64,000 bases of DNA from Bacteriovoracaceae bacterium (GCA_048270185.1 JBLWTJ010000004.1:164615-228614), one strand, 5' to 3'. Positions 11,566 to 21,525 are shown, counted from the stretch's first letter. Notes: a model not told the origin generated them from the letters alone. Numbers and translations are program-made.

Positions 11566-13179
11566 TTAGAGTAAATTCTCAATTGTCATAATTGTACGAG
11601 ATAATAGGGGATCCTCTGGCAATTGTTTTGAGATTTTCTGTTCAGCATGGACAACTGAGCTGTGATCTCGTCCACCAAAGAACTGACCAATTTCTTCATG
11701 AGTTGCATTAGCAAGCTTACGACATAAGTACATGGCCACGAAACGCGCATTAGCGATATCCTTCGTACGTGATTTTGACTTAAGATCAGCAATAGGGATT
11801 TTAAAATGTGATGAAGTTTGCTTAGCAATTCCTTCTATTGTAATTTTCTTTTCATCTTCGAAATCTCTAAGTGAAAGAACCTCTTTAACCATCTCTAATT
11901 CGATATCAACCTTCATGATATCAGAGTAGGCTGAAAGCTTAATTAGAGCACCCTCAAGCTCTCTAATCGAGTTTTTAACGTTACAAGCGATAAGATTAAC
12001 AATGTCTTCAGATAGGAAAAGATCTAAGTCATCAGCCTTTGTATTAATGATGGCCGTACGAGTTTCAATATCTGGTTTTTGAATATCAACAACCAGACCC
12101 CACTGAAGGCGAGTCTTAATTCGCTCTTCAAGTCCGTTGATCTCTTGTGGTGTTTTATCTGATGTGAAAATTAATTGCTTACCTTTTTGGTGAAGTTCAT
12201 TAAAGATATGGAAGAATTCACGTTGTGTACCTTCTTTACCTTTAAGTTCATGAACATCATCAATCATTAGAACATCAACTTTATCAGAATATTTCGAACG
12301 GAAGTCCGCAAGTTTACCATCGTGAATGGCCTGAATCATTTCCTTCATAAAATCACGAGCTGTAATTAGACAGATGACATAGTGAGGGTATTGATTTTGA
12401 ATCCCATTTGCCATGGCATGAAGTAGGTGAGTTTTCCCTAGTCCAGAATTACTGTGAATATAAAGAGAAGGGTACTTACCTGATTTACCTGGATTCTTTG
12501 AGATAGCAACTGAGGCTGCGTGGGCCATATTATTTGAAGGACCAATAACAAAATTATCAAATGTTTTCGACTTATCGATGATGATGCGATTGTAGTCATC
12601 ATTTACGTGATCGATATACTTTGATTCAACCTTAGAAAGTAGGTCTTCTTGAACTGGCTCTAAATCTAGTGTGAAAGACATATCTGATAGGGTCTTTGGA
12701 CGAGATTGCTGAGTCGGCTCAACTTGAAGGTTTGAAGATAAGTTACTGTTATTATTAGTAATTATCTCAATTTCATAAGATTTACCCAATGTATTTACAA
12801 TACTTTGTCTAATTTGATCGATATCTTTTTCAATAAATGATTTTATGAAGTTTGTTGTTGTTGAAAAGATTGCTTTATCACCGCTAATTCTTTTAAGACG
12901 AAAGAAATCACCTTGGAAGAAAGAAGCATATTTTTGTGAATTTACTAATAATTTCAGTGTCTTATGAATTTCTTCATTCATCATATTAAGTTCATCTTGG
13001 CTAAAGAACTCATCTTCAGACACCTGATTTGAACTTGTCTGTGCTAGATTTTGCTTAATATTAAATGGATCTTCAATAATTGTGTTTTGATTATTGTTGA
13101 GATCGACTATGTTATTGATTTTATTAGGTTGTGTGCTAGAAGTTTTCAAAAATTCGTTAAAAGGAAAATTACCCTGCAT
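11566..13179 (-). CDS. dnaA: Chromosomal replication initiator DnaA
   Basis: TFDNFVIG, SGLGKTHLLHA, MIDDV, NSIRELEGAL, GGRDHSSVVHA. Confidence 0.99.
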   Translation of the reverse strand: MQGNFPFNEFLKTSSTQPNKINNIVDLNNNQNTIIEDPFNIKQNLAQTSSNQVSEDEFFSQDELNMMNEEIHKTLKLLVNSQKYASFFQGDFFRLKRISGDKAIFSTTTNFIKSFIEKDIDQIRQSIVNTLGKSYEIEIITNNNSNLSSNLQVEPTQQSRPKTLSDMSFTLDLEPVQEDLLSKVESKYIDHVNDDYNRIIIDKSKTFDNFVIGPSNNMAHAASVAISKNPGKSGKYPSLYIHSNSGLGKTHLLHAMANGIQNQYPHYVICLITARDFMKEMIQAIHDGKLADFRSKYSDKVDVLMIDDVHELKGKEGTQREFFHIFNELHQKGKQLIFTSDKTPQEINGLEERIKTRLQWGLVVDIQKPDIETRTAIINTKADDLDLFLSEDIVNLIACNVKNSIRELEGALIKLSAYSDIMKVDIELEMVKEVLSLRDFEDEKKITIEGIAKQTSSHFKIPIADLKSKSRTKDIANARFVAMYLCRKLANATHEEIGQFFGGRDHSSVVHAEQKISKQLPEDPLLSRTIMTIENLL

Positions 13180-13336
13180 TTCGATTCCCTTGAGCTTGAC
13201 TCGTCAATTTTTCTTTAATTCTGTGTTGTGGTCAAAATTTGTATCATGGCCCAAAATCCTAGGCCAATAAAAAAAACAGTTTTTTGTGCATGGCCAAATA
13301 AATCAATTATTTTGGCCTGCACTATGTACAGGGCCA

Positions 13337-13365
13337 TTGACCGGTGATGCGAAATGGTATAATAC
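13337..13365 (+). promoter_or_regulatory. Putative sigma70 promoter of the rpmH-rnpA-yidC operon
   Basis: TTGACC (13337-13342) and extended -10 TGGTATAAT (13355-13363). Confidence 0.6.
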
Positions 13366-13419
13366 TAGCCCTTACAATATTAATTTTTAGTTTAACAGTT
13401 ATAGTTAGGTAGGTTGAAG

Positions 13420-13572
13420 ATGTCTAAAAGAACTTGGCAGCCAAAAAGAAAAAAAAGAATGAGAGTACACGGTTTCCTTAAGCGTATGGCGACACCAGGT
13501 GGTCGTAACGTTATTAAAGCAAGAAGAGCTAAGGGTCGTAAGCAACTTACTGTATCTCACGGTAAGAAATAA
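13420..13572 (+). CDS. rpmH: 50S ribosomal protein L34 (missing from the ORF track)
   Basis: Manual translation [50 protein letters not shown]. Confidence 0.98.
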   Translation: MSKRTWQPKRKKRMRVHGFLKRMATPGGRNVIKARRAKGRKQLTVSHGKK

Positions 13573-13931
13573 TGACATCAGTTGATAGCACTTTTGATAA
13601 GTCATCAAGGCTGCTATCAACTGAAGACTTTTCTTATTTGCGTAAAAATTCAAGCGTAATTACCGATCGTTGGCTACGTATCTATTACAAGCCATCTCGA
13701 ATTAATTCTGAAACATCTAGAATAGGATTTTCTGTAACTAAGAAGGTAGGGAAAGCGAATAAACGCAATCTTTGCAAGAGAGTTATTAGAGAATTTTTCC
13801 GTCACAGTTCACTTCGAAACTCAGGACAGGACTTTATGGTCGTGGTCTCAAATCGTTTGTTTAAAAATAGTGAACAACCTAAAGATGATCTTCGTTCATC
13901 CTTGCAAAACGCCTTCGCAAAACTTCAATAA
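13572..13931 (+). CDS. rnpA: Ribonuclease P protein component
   Basis: RIGFSVTKKVGKANKRNLCKRVIRE (RNR motif); follows rpmH. Confidence 0.96.
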   Translation: MTSVDSTFDKSSRLLSTEDFSYLRKNSSVITDRWLRIYYKPSRINSETSRIGFSVTKKVGKANKRNLCKRVIREFFRHSSLRNSGQDFMVVVSNRLFKNSEQPKDDLRSSLQNAFAKLQ

Positions 13932-14013
13932 AAGATTAACAAGTTCCTTATAGCATGTTAAAAATTTGCTTACTTAGAGAATTAAGCAAATACCATCTTA
14001 GGAGTTCAATCTA

Positions 14014-15483
14014 ATGAATAATGATCAAAAACGTACTGTTTTGGCCTTCGTTTTAACGGGTGTCATTGTCTTCACATGGCAAGCACTATTTTCGCCGAAA
14101 CAAACTGTTGAAACTGTGAATCAAGAAGCTGTAACTAAAACAGTAGAAACTTCACAGAAGAATGATGCAACGACAGCTAATAAACCAATTGCAACTCATT
14201 CAAATAAAGCAACTGATTTAAAAGATGTAACATTAACAAATGGAGATTACTCTTTCACTGTTAACAATGATCTATCATTTAAAAATGCAGTAGGTAATAA
14301 GACTTCAATGTCTTTAAAAGAGTTATCAGATAAAGATAATTTCTTCTCTTTTAGATTAATTGACATCAATAATAATCTTAAGAATTTTAATTTTGTTTTT
14401 GATGAAATGACTTCTCAAAATGAAGTTGTAGCAAATGACATTGAAAACGGTGTTTCTGTTAAATTAACTCTTCATGAAGATGGAAGACTTGAGTACCACA
14501 TTAATGGTTCAAATGATTTCAGACTTTCATACAATATGGCCTCAACTGAAAAACAATCTGATAATAGAACTTATCGTCAGTATGTTTACCAAACGGTTGA
14601 TACAGAAAGATTAAATTTAGAAAGCGATGAGAAAGGTGAGGGGAATCTTCGTTGGGTTGCTCTTGATTTCAACCACCATGTTTTCTTTAATGTTTTTGAT
14701 CAAAAAGAAACAATTAACTTCATGACAACTGAAAGTGGAGAAGCTTTCTTTCAAACAGTTAATGGTAAGAAGAGCTATAACGGCTACCTTCTTTATGCTC
14801 TAAAGAACTATGACTATCTATTAGGTTTTGATAAGCAACTCGATCTATCAATTGATTTTGGAATTTTTGGAATCTTCTCTGTACCTATTCTAAAAGCAAT
14901 GAAATGGCTTTATGGATATGTAGGTAACTACGGTGTTGCAATTATTCTACTTACTGTTGTTATTCGTCTTGCAACTTATCCTCTTCAGGCGAAGTCATTT
15001 CGTTCAATGAAGAAGATGCAAGTTCTTCAACCAGAAATTGCAAAGCTTAAAGAGAAATATGCTGACGATCCAATGAAGCAACAAAAAGAAACAATGGAAT
15101 TATTTAAAAGATCAGGTGCTTCACCACTAGGTGGATGTCTTCCAATGGTTCTACAAATTCCAATCTTCATTGCTTTTTATCAAGCGATTTCAAACTCTGT
15201 TGAGCTAGTTGGTTCACCATTTTATTTTTGGTTAACTGACCTTAGTGCAAAAGATCCTTACTATATTCTTCCTGCGGTAATGGGTGTGACAATGCTTCTT
15301 CAAACGAAGCTAAATCCATCGACTTCTGCAGATCCGAATCAGCAAAAGATTATGTACATTATGCCAATTGTGTTTATCTTTATTATGAAAGATCTTCCAG
15401 CTGGTCTTAATTTATATTTTACTGTTTCTAATATTCTAGGGATTGCACAACAACTCTACGTTTATAAAACAGCAGACGCTTAA
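14014..15483 (+). CDS. yidC: Membrane protein insertase YidC
   Basis: GNYGVAIILLT, GGCLPMVLQIPIF, WLTDLSAKDPYYILP, LPAGLNLY. Confidence 0.97.
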   Translation: MNNDQKRTVLAFVLTGVIVFTWQALFSPKQTVETVNQEAVTKTVETSQKNDATTANKPIATHSNKATDLKDVTLTNGDYSFTVNNDLSFKNAVGNKTSMSLKELSDKDNFFSFRLIDINNNLKNFNFVFDEMTSQNEVVANDIENGVSVKLTLHEDGRLEYHINGSNDFRLSYNMASTEKQSDNRTYRQYVYQTVDTERLNLESDEKGEGNLRWVALDFNHHVFFNVFDQKETINFMTTESGEAFFQTVNGKKSYNGYLLYALKNYDYLLGFDKQLDLSIDFGIFGIFSVPILKAMKWLYGYVGNYGVAIILLTVVIRLATYPLQAKSFRSMKKMQVLQPEIAKLKEKYADDPMKQQKETMELFKRSGASPLGGCLPMVLQIPIFIAFYQAISNSVELVGSPFYFWLTDLSAKDPYYILPAVMGVTMLLQTKLNPSTSADPNQQKIMYIMPIVFIFIMKDLPAGLNLYFTVSNILGIAQQLYVYKTADA

Positions 15484-15487
15484 AACT

Positions 15488-17050
15488 ATGATTTACGAAA
15501 CGGATGACCTTCCTATTGTCGCTTGTTCGACTGGCCTAAATGAAAATACGGCCATAGGGGTTATCCGTTTATCTGGTTTTAATTCGATTGGTTCTATAGG
15601 ACCATTCTTCAAAAAAGATCTATCAAAACTCGAAGTACGAAAAGCAACTTTCACCAAACTCTACGACCAAGAAGGAAACTTCCTTGATGAGGTCGTTATT
15701 ACCTATTTTAAAGGTCCGCAAAGTTATAATGGTGAAAATATATTAGAGATAGCAGCACACGGTAATACACTCAATTTAAAGCGTATTATGAATGCTTTTA
15801 TAAACTCTGGTCAATTTCGTTTAGCAAAGAATGGTGAATTCACTTATCGTGCTCTAAAGAATAAGAAGCTCTCACTTGCTCAGGTCGAAGGACTTGATGC
15901 TCTTTTAAACGCTTCTTCTTCTCTAATGCTTGATGAAGGTTTGAAACTTTTAAATGGTAGTCTTTATCAAAAATATACTGATCTCTATGATAAATTCTTA
16001 AAGCTTAAGGCAGCAGTTGAAATTAATATCGATTTTGCGGAAGACGTAGGGGAAGAGCAATCACAAAAACTTCTCGATGAAGCTGTTGCTGATATTTCAG
16101 GCCATATTACTTCACTACATCGAAGTGCAAGTGTGAATGCAAAGAGTTTAATGTCACCAGATATCGTCCTTTGTGGTGAGCCTAATGCTGGTAAGAGCTC
16201 TTTGTTTAATCTATTTCTAAATGAATCGCGATCAATTGTTTCTGATATAGCTGGGACTACCAGAGATTATATTTCTGAATATATTAGCCTTGGTAATGAA
16301 ACTTTTAAACTTGTTGATACTGCAGGTCTTCGCAATACGACTGATGTTATTGAAGAAGAGGGTATTAAGAGAAGTCGTAATCTAATTGAAAATGCCTTCT
16401 ATAAAATACTTCTAGTGAATATAAATGAAGTCAAAAAATATCAATATCACGATATTAAAGAAACTCTTTTTGACGCTCTTATTTTTACACACTTTGATGA
16501 ATTTAAAGGTGATATTAATTTAGAGAATTTAAAAGCAAACCTTCCAGAGGCTATTAAATACTATAGTGCCGACACTTCAAAAGGTGAGGGAGGGCTTGTT
16601 GAAATAAGTGGTCCTATCGGACCAGATTCAGCAAGCGGTTCTATAGAACCAAGTGAAAATCATCTTGGTCCTATGGGGGCAGTTATACAAAATGGTCCTA
16701 TAGAACCAGAAAAAGAGCATGGTCCTACAGGGGCAATAACTGAATCAAATCAAGAAACTGGTCCTATAGAACCAGCTCATATAACAGAGTTAATTACTCA
16801 AGATATATTTGGTAAGTATACGAAATTACGTAATAGTGACCCGATCTCGATTGAGCGCCACCGTCTTGTTATCAATGATATTTATGGAAAATTCACAGAG
16901 TTTTCTAATAATATCAAGTATTTAAGTGATATTGCCATCATTTCATCAGAAGTATCAATTCTAGAAAAGAAAACTGCGGAACTTATTGGAATCATTAGTC
17001 CTGATGATACATTAAAGCATATCTTCACTAACTTCTGTATCGGTAAATAA
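15488..17050 (+). CDS. mnmE: tRNA modification GTPase MnmE (TrmE) with internal repeat insertion
   Basis: GEPNAGKSS, GTTRD, DTAG, terminal FCIGK; ATG at 15488 after the yidC stop. Confidence 0.96.
   Translation: MIYETDDLPIVACSTGLNENTAIGVIRLSGFNSIGSIGPFFKKDLSKLEVRKATFTKLYDQEGNFLDEVVITYFKGPQSYNGENILEIAAHGNTLNLKRIMNAFINSGQFRLAKNGEFTYRALKNKKLSLAQVEGLDALLNASSSLMLDEGLKLLNGSLYQKYTDLYDKFLKLKAAVEINIDFAEDVGEEQSQKLLDEAVADISGHITSLHRSASVNAKSLMSPDIVLCGEPNAGKSSLFNLFLNESRSIVSDIAGTTRDYISEYISLGNETFKLVDTAGLRNTTDVIEEEGIKRSRNLIENAFYKILLVNINEVKKYQYHDIKETLFDALIFTHFDEFKGDINLENLKANLPEAIKYYSADTSKGEGGLVEISGPIGPDSASGSIEPSENHLGPMGAVIQNGPIEPEKEHGPTGAITESNQETGPIEPAHITELITQDIFGKYTKLRNSDPISIERHRLVINDIYGKFTEFSNNIKYLSDIAIISSEVSILEKKTAELIGIISPDDTLKHIFTNFCIGK
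15589..15604. repeat. 16-bp palindrome TGGTTCTATAGGACCA (single copy in mnmE 5' region)
   Basis: Exact reverse complement of TGGTCCTATAGAACCA found at 16693, 16759, 21553 and 21580. Confidence 0.85.
16609..16774. repeat. Array of six TGGTYCTATAGRACCA-type palindromes inside mnmE
   Basis: Copies start at 16609, 16636, 16666, 16693, 16720 and 16759 (spacings 27, 30, 27, 27, 39). Confidence 0.95.
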
Positions 17051-17088
17051 TATATAAACCATTGATTTTTCTCTCTTTATGGCTTAAA

Positions 17089-17104
17089 TGTTCCACGTAG
17101 AACA
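17089..17104. promoter_or_regulatory. parS site TGTTCCACGTAGAACA
   Basis: Near-match to chromosomal parS consensus TGTTNCACGTGAAACA; between mnmE and mnmG. Confidence 0.85.
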
Positions 17105-17126
17105 TTATTCTCAAATAGACTTTAAA

Positions 17127-17142
17127 AGTTCCACGTGGAACA
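17127..17142. promoter_or_regulatory. parS site AGTTCCACGTGGAACA
   Basis: One mismatch from the perfect palindrome TGTTCCACGTGGAACA. Confidence 0.9.
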
Positions 17143-17154
17143 AATAGGAAACCT

Positions 17155-18996
17155 ATGTTTGATATCGCTATTATTGGTGGTGGTCATGCCGGACTTGAAG
17201 CCGCATGGGCCGCAGCTCAATTTGATTTGAAGGTCGCCATTGTTACAATGCCAGGAGTAAGTATTGCTTCAGCTCCATGTAACCCAGCAGTTGGTGGAGT
17301 TGGTAAGGGTCAGGTTGTAAGAGAGATTGATGCTCTTGGTGGTATCATGGGTAAGTTAGCTGATCAGAGTGCGATTCAATATCGAACATTAAATGAATCC
17401 AAAGGCTATGCTGTACAATCAACTCGAGTACAAATTGATAAGGAAGTCTATTCACGAAATGCTGAGGCTGCAGTAGCTGCCAATGCAAATATTGAAGTTA
17501 TCCGAGAGATGGTTGCAAAGGTCAGTAAGGATCAGGATGATTTTGTTATTAAGACAGATAAGGGCGAATATCTTGCTAAGAAAATTGTTGTTACGACAGG
17601 TACTTTCCTAGCGGGTAAGATGCACATAGGTGAGGAGCAATCTGAAGGTGGACGTGTTGATTGTTTGAAATCAGACTCACTTGAAGATATCTTTGTGGGT
17701 GTTACGGCACTTAAGACAAAGTTTAAAACAGGTACTCCAGCAAGACTTAAGCGTGATTCAATTGATTTTTCAAAGATGGTTGAACAAGAAAGTGATGCAA
17801 CAGCTATTAATTTCCACTATGGACATAAATTAACAGAAAGATTCATTGATCAAGTCTCTTGTCATTTAACAAAGACTAATGAGAAGACTTTAGGAATTAT
17901 AAGAGATAATAAAGAGAGAAGCCCGATCTTTAATGGACAGATTCAAGGGGTTGGTCCGAGATACTGTCCATCAATCGAAGATAAGGCCTATCGTTATGAA
18001 GATAAAGATGTACACCATGTCTTTGTTGAACCAGAATCTCTTGAATTAGATACTTTCTATCCAAATGGTATTTCAACATCACTTCCACGTGAAGTTCAGC
18101 TAGACTTTATCCGTACAATTGAAGGGCTTGAGAATGCTGAGATTGCTATCTATGGATATGCTGTTGAATACGATGTTGTTAATACAACTTGCCTCGATAG
18201 AACACTTCAGTCTAAAGAAATGCCAGGTCTATACTTTGCAGGGCAGGTAAATGGTACTTCAGGTTATGAAGAAGCTGCGGGACAAGGACTAATTGCAGGT
18301 ATTAATGCTGCCAGATCATTAATCGGTGCTGATACATTTATTCTTGATAGAGAAGATTCATATATAGGAGTTATGGTAGAAGACCTTGTTTCAAATCTTA
18401 GAGATGAGCCTTATCGTCTATTTACAGCTCGTAATGAGAATCGATTATACGTTAGAGAAGATAATACAATTCTACGCATGAAGAAATACCGCTCACAACT
18501 AGGACTTTATGCAGATATTGATCGCTATCAAGAGATGTTTGAACAGAGCTTTAATGTTATTTGGAGTATTGCTAAGAATTTCACGTATAAGGCAAATCCT
18601 GTTAATAAGAAATACTTTGAAGTGAGGGGTTATGGACCACTTAATACAAATATTACATTGGCCGAATTATCGAAGAGAGCTCACTTAAATCCAGTTGAAG
18701 TCTTGATGAGCGAATTAGCTACGAATATGATGGCCTTTGATGAGAATGTGATTCGAACAGTAGCTATCTCGCTTAAGTATGAAGGTTATATTGATCGTGC
18801 TCTTGTTGAGAACGCAAAGATTAATCGCCTTGCTAAGAAACCTATTGATTGGAAAGTACTAGTAGCTAGTGAGAATATCTCATTTGAGTGCCGCCAAAGA
18901 ATTACAGAGATTAAACCTGAAAGCTTTGGGCAATTACAGAGAATAGTAGGGATTCGCCCCGCAACCTTGGCCTTCGTTGCCGGAAATATTTTATGA
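17155..18996 (+). CDS. mnmG: tRNA uridine 5-carboxymethylaminomethyl modification enzyme MnmG (GidA)
   Basis: IIGGGHAGLEAA, CNPAVGG, GPRYCPSIEDK, GQVNGTSGYEEAAGQG. Confidence 0.98.
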   Translation: MFDIAIIGGGHAGLEAAWAAAQFDLKVAIVTMPGVSIASAPCNPAVGGVGKGQVVREIDALGGIMGKLADQSAIQYRTLNESKGYAVQSTRVQIDKEVYSRNAEAAVAANANIEVIREMVAKVSKDQDDFVIKTDKGEYLAKKIVVTTGTFLAGKMHIGEEQSEGGRVDCLKSDSLEDIFVGVTALKTKFKTGTPARLKRDSIDFSKMVEQESDATAINFHYGHKLTERFIDQVSCHLTKTNEKTLGIIRDNKERSPIFNGQIQGVGPRYCPSIEDKAYRYEDKDVHHVFVEPESLELDTFYPNGISTSLPREVQLDFIRTIEGLENAEIAIYGYAVEYDVVNTTCLDRTLQSKEMPGLYFAGQVNGTSGYEEAAGQGLIAGINAARSLIGADTFILDREDSYIGVMVEDLVSNLRDEPYRLFTARNENRLYVREDNTILRMKKYRSQLGLYADIDRYQEMFEQSFNVIWSIAKNFTYKANPVNKKYFEVRGYGPLNTNITLAELSKRAHLNPVEVLMSELATNMMAFDENVIRTVAISLKYEGYIDRALVENAKINRLAKKPIDWKVLVASENISFECRQRITEIKPESFGQLQRIVGIRPATLAFVAGNIL

Positions 18997-19658
18997 TGAA
19001 AGATACAGAGTTTTGTGAGAAATATCTCGAACAGATAAACGGTCCATTTGCTGGAATTAATTTAACACGTATTAATACACCAGAAGAATTTCATGCGAAA
19101 CAATATGTCGACAGTATAAGTCCTATCACTGATGTTCCAAGTCTTAAAAAGATTTATGAAAATACAAAGATCCATGTTGATATTGGTTTTGGGGGAGGCT
19201 TCCCGTTACTACCTCTTGCAAGTCTAAATCCTGATAAAAGATATATCGGATTTGAAGCACGTGGAAAAAAATCTAAGGTCGTAAACCAAATTGCTGAGGC
19301 CATTGGTCTTACAAATGTTAAGACATATCATCAGCGTTTTGAGAATGTTTACTTTGATCGAGATTGTACGATTACCTTTAAGGCAGTAAGCACAATCAAG
19401 AATCTTATACCTCTAATAATTACTGATAAAAAAATTAATATTATCTTCTATAAGGGGCCAAACTTCTATGAACTAGAAGACCTGGATTGGCTTGGAAAAG
19501 AATGGGAGATCGTCGAAGAGACTCATGTTGATATACCAGGAACTGAGGGACGTATTATGATTGCCCTTAAGAATAAAAATGTTCTACGTGGAACAGAGAT
19601 AGCAAGTTTTAGAAAAAATAAAAATAAAAATCTTGTCACATTGTCCTCATTTCTTTAA
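18993..19658 (+). CDS. rsmG: 16S rRNA m7G527 methyltransferase RsmG (GidB)
   Basis: INLTRI, VDIGFGGGFP SAM motif; between mnmG and parA. Confidence 0.9.
   Translation: MMKDTEFCEKYLEQINGPFAGINLTRINTPEEFHAKQYVDSISPITDVPSLKKIYENTKIHVDIGFGGGFPLLPLASLNPDKRYIGFEARGKKSKVVNQIAEAIGLTNVKTYHQRFENVYFDRDCTITFKAVSTIKNLIPLIITDKKINIIFYKGPNFYELEDLDWLGKEWEIVEETHVDIPGTEGRIMIALKNKNVLRGTEIASFRKNKNKNLVTLSSFL
19580..19595. promoter_or_regulatory. parS site TGTTCTACGTGGAACA within the rsmG 3' end
   Basis: Reverse complement of the 17089 site; 100 bp upstream of parA. Confidence 0.85.
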
Positions 19659-19694
19659 AAATATAGTTAGAAACTATTTTATGGGGAGACATAA

Positions 19695-20543
19695 ATGGCT
19701 AAAATCATTGCGCTTATGAATCAAAAGGGTGGAGTTGGTAAGACAACAACCACTATCAATCTTGCAGCTTGCCTAGCAGTAGCTGAGAAAAAGACTCTGG
19801 TAATTGATCTTGACCCTCAAGGGAATGGTAGCGTTAGCTTAGGTCTTGATTCGTCGCAGCATAGCAATAGTAATATCTATCATGCACTAATTGGAAGAAC
19901 AGATATTCGTGAAGCAATTTATGAAACAGAACTTCCAAATCTACATATTTGTCCTGCTGATAATAATCTATCAGGAGCAGAGATTGAGCTTGTAAGTGAG
20001 TTCGCTAGAGAGTCTAAGTTAAAGACTGCTTTTATGCCGATTATGGATGCTTATGACTACATTCTAATCGATTGCCCACCATCACTAGGCCTACTGACTG
20101 TAAACGCTCTAAATGCGGCTGACAGCTTCATAGTACCAATGCAGACAGAATATCTTGCAATGGAAGGTCTAGCTCAACTAGTAAACACAGTTAAATTAAT
20201 TAAAGCAAATTTAAATCCTACATTGGAAATGGGCGGAATCGTTCTTACGATGTTTGATGGAAGAGCTTCTCTTCACAAGCAAGTTGCTGAAGAGATTAGA
20301 AGGCACTTTGGCGATAAAGTATTTCAATCGGTAATACCTAGAAATGTAAAACTCGCCGAGTGCCCATCTTTTGGGAAACCTGTAATCCTTTACGATATTG
20401 AATCAAAGGGCTCAGAAGCATACCTAGCGCTAGCAAAAGAACTTATTATAAGAGATCGCGCTGTGGAAATTGAAAAAAATGAAATCCCTGAAGTACCTTC
20501 GGTAAATGAAATCGATAATACACTTCAAGGTAACATTCAGTAG
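19695..20543 (+). CDS. parA: Chromosome partitioning ATPase ParA/Soj
   Basis: NQKGGVGKTTT, DLDPQGN, IDCPPSLG, IPRNVKLAECPSFG. Confidence 0.97.
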   Translation: MAKIIALMNQKGGVGKTTTTINLAACLAVAEKKTLVIDLDPQGNGSVSLGLDSSQHSNSNIYHALIGRTDIREAIYETELPNLHICPADNNLSGAEIELVSEFARESKLKTAFMPIMDAYDYILIDCPPSLGLLTVNALNAADSFIVPMQTEYLAMEGLAQLVNTVKLIKANLNPTLEMGGIVLTMFDGRASLHKQVAEEIRRHFGDKVFQSVIPRNVKLAECPSFGKPVILYDIESKGSEAYLALAKELIIRDRAVEIEKNEIPEVPSVNEIDNTLQGNIQ

Positions 20544-20559
20544 GTAAGGGGAAAGAGAG

Positions 20560-21522
20560 ATGGCTAAAAAAATGGCACTAGGAAAAGGAATGGGTTCACT
20601 ATTAGGTGGTACTCCAAATTCATCAAAAGCTGCAAAAGCACAGGCTGCTTTTTCTGATCTACAAAAAGTAGCGGCCGAAAACCAGTCGGCGCAACCAGTT
20701 GCAAAACCACAGCAGACAGTACAGGTAGAAACTAACCCATCAATGCTTGATGTAAGTGTAATCTTTGCAAACCCAAATCAACCAAGAAAAATCTTTAAAG
20801 AAGAAGAGCTACATGAGCTTTCTAACTCAATTAAAGAAAACGGTGTTATTCAACCTCTAATCGTTGTTAAGGCCGATAATGGATATGAACTTGTAGCAGG
20901 AGAGAGAAGACTTCGTGCTTCTAAACTTGCAGGACTTACACAAGTTCCAGTTGTTATTAAAAGAGCAACAGATCGTGAAAAGATGGTTATGTCGATCATC
21001 GAAAACGTTCAAAGATCTGATCTAAACTGCGTTGAAGAAGCTCTTGCTTACTTCGCACTAATGGAAGATTTCAACTTAACTCAAGAAGAAGTTGCTAAAA
21101 AAGTTGGTAAAGAAAGATCAACGATTGCAAACTTTCTTAGAATTCTAAAGCTTCCAAGAGATGTTGTAGAGCTTATTCAGAAGGATCAACTTTCTTTTGG
21201 TCACGCAAAAATTCTTGCAGGTGTAAAAGAGAGAGAAGATTGTATTCGCATTGCAAATAAAGCGGCAGTAGATAATTTATCAGTTAGAGAAACTGAGAAA
21301 TTAATTAAAGCTTCAAAACGTGCACCAAAAGTCGTTAAAGAAGAAGAGAACTTTGATTTCTTTAATGGGAAAATGGCGCAATATAGAGAAAAACTAGAAC
21401 AACGTACTGGATATCATTTTGGAATTAAAACTAATAAGAATGGTGGCGGAGAAGTTGTTTTAAAATTTTCTAATGAAGCCGAATTTAATGATATTTACGA
21501 GTATCTATTAACGAACAGATAA
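20560..21522 (+). CDS. parB: Chromosome partitioning protein ParB/Spo0J
   Basis: LGKGMGSLL N-terminal peptide, NPNQPRK, AGERRLRA, ENVQRSDL, HTH RSTIANFLR. Confidence 0.97.
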   Translation: MAKKMALGKGMGSLLGGTPNSSKAAKAQAAFSDLQKVAAENQSAQPVAKPQQTVQVETNPSMLDVSVIFANPNQPRKIFKEEELHELSNSIKENGVIQPLIVVKADNGYELVAGERRLRASKLAGLTQVPVVIKRATDREKMVMSIIENVQRSDLNCVEEALAYFALMEDFNLTQEEVAKKVGKERSTIANFLRILKLPRDVVELIQKDQLSFGHAKILAGVKEREDCIRIANKAAVDNLSVRETEKLIKASKRAPKVVKEEENFDFFNGKMAQYREKLEQRTGYHFGIKTNKNGGGEVVLKFSNEAEFNDIYEYLLTNR

Positions 21523-21525
21523 TTC

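Noticed and set aside
13932..14013. yidD between rnpA and yidC
   Set aside because: Only 82 bp with no suitable ORF; the gene is simply absent here.
16609..16774. Repeat-spacer pattern in mnmE and after parB as a mini-CRISPR
   Set aside because: Repeats are 16 bp and spacers 11-23 bp, too short for CRISPR; no cas genes or leader; one array is in frame within mnmE.
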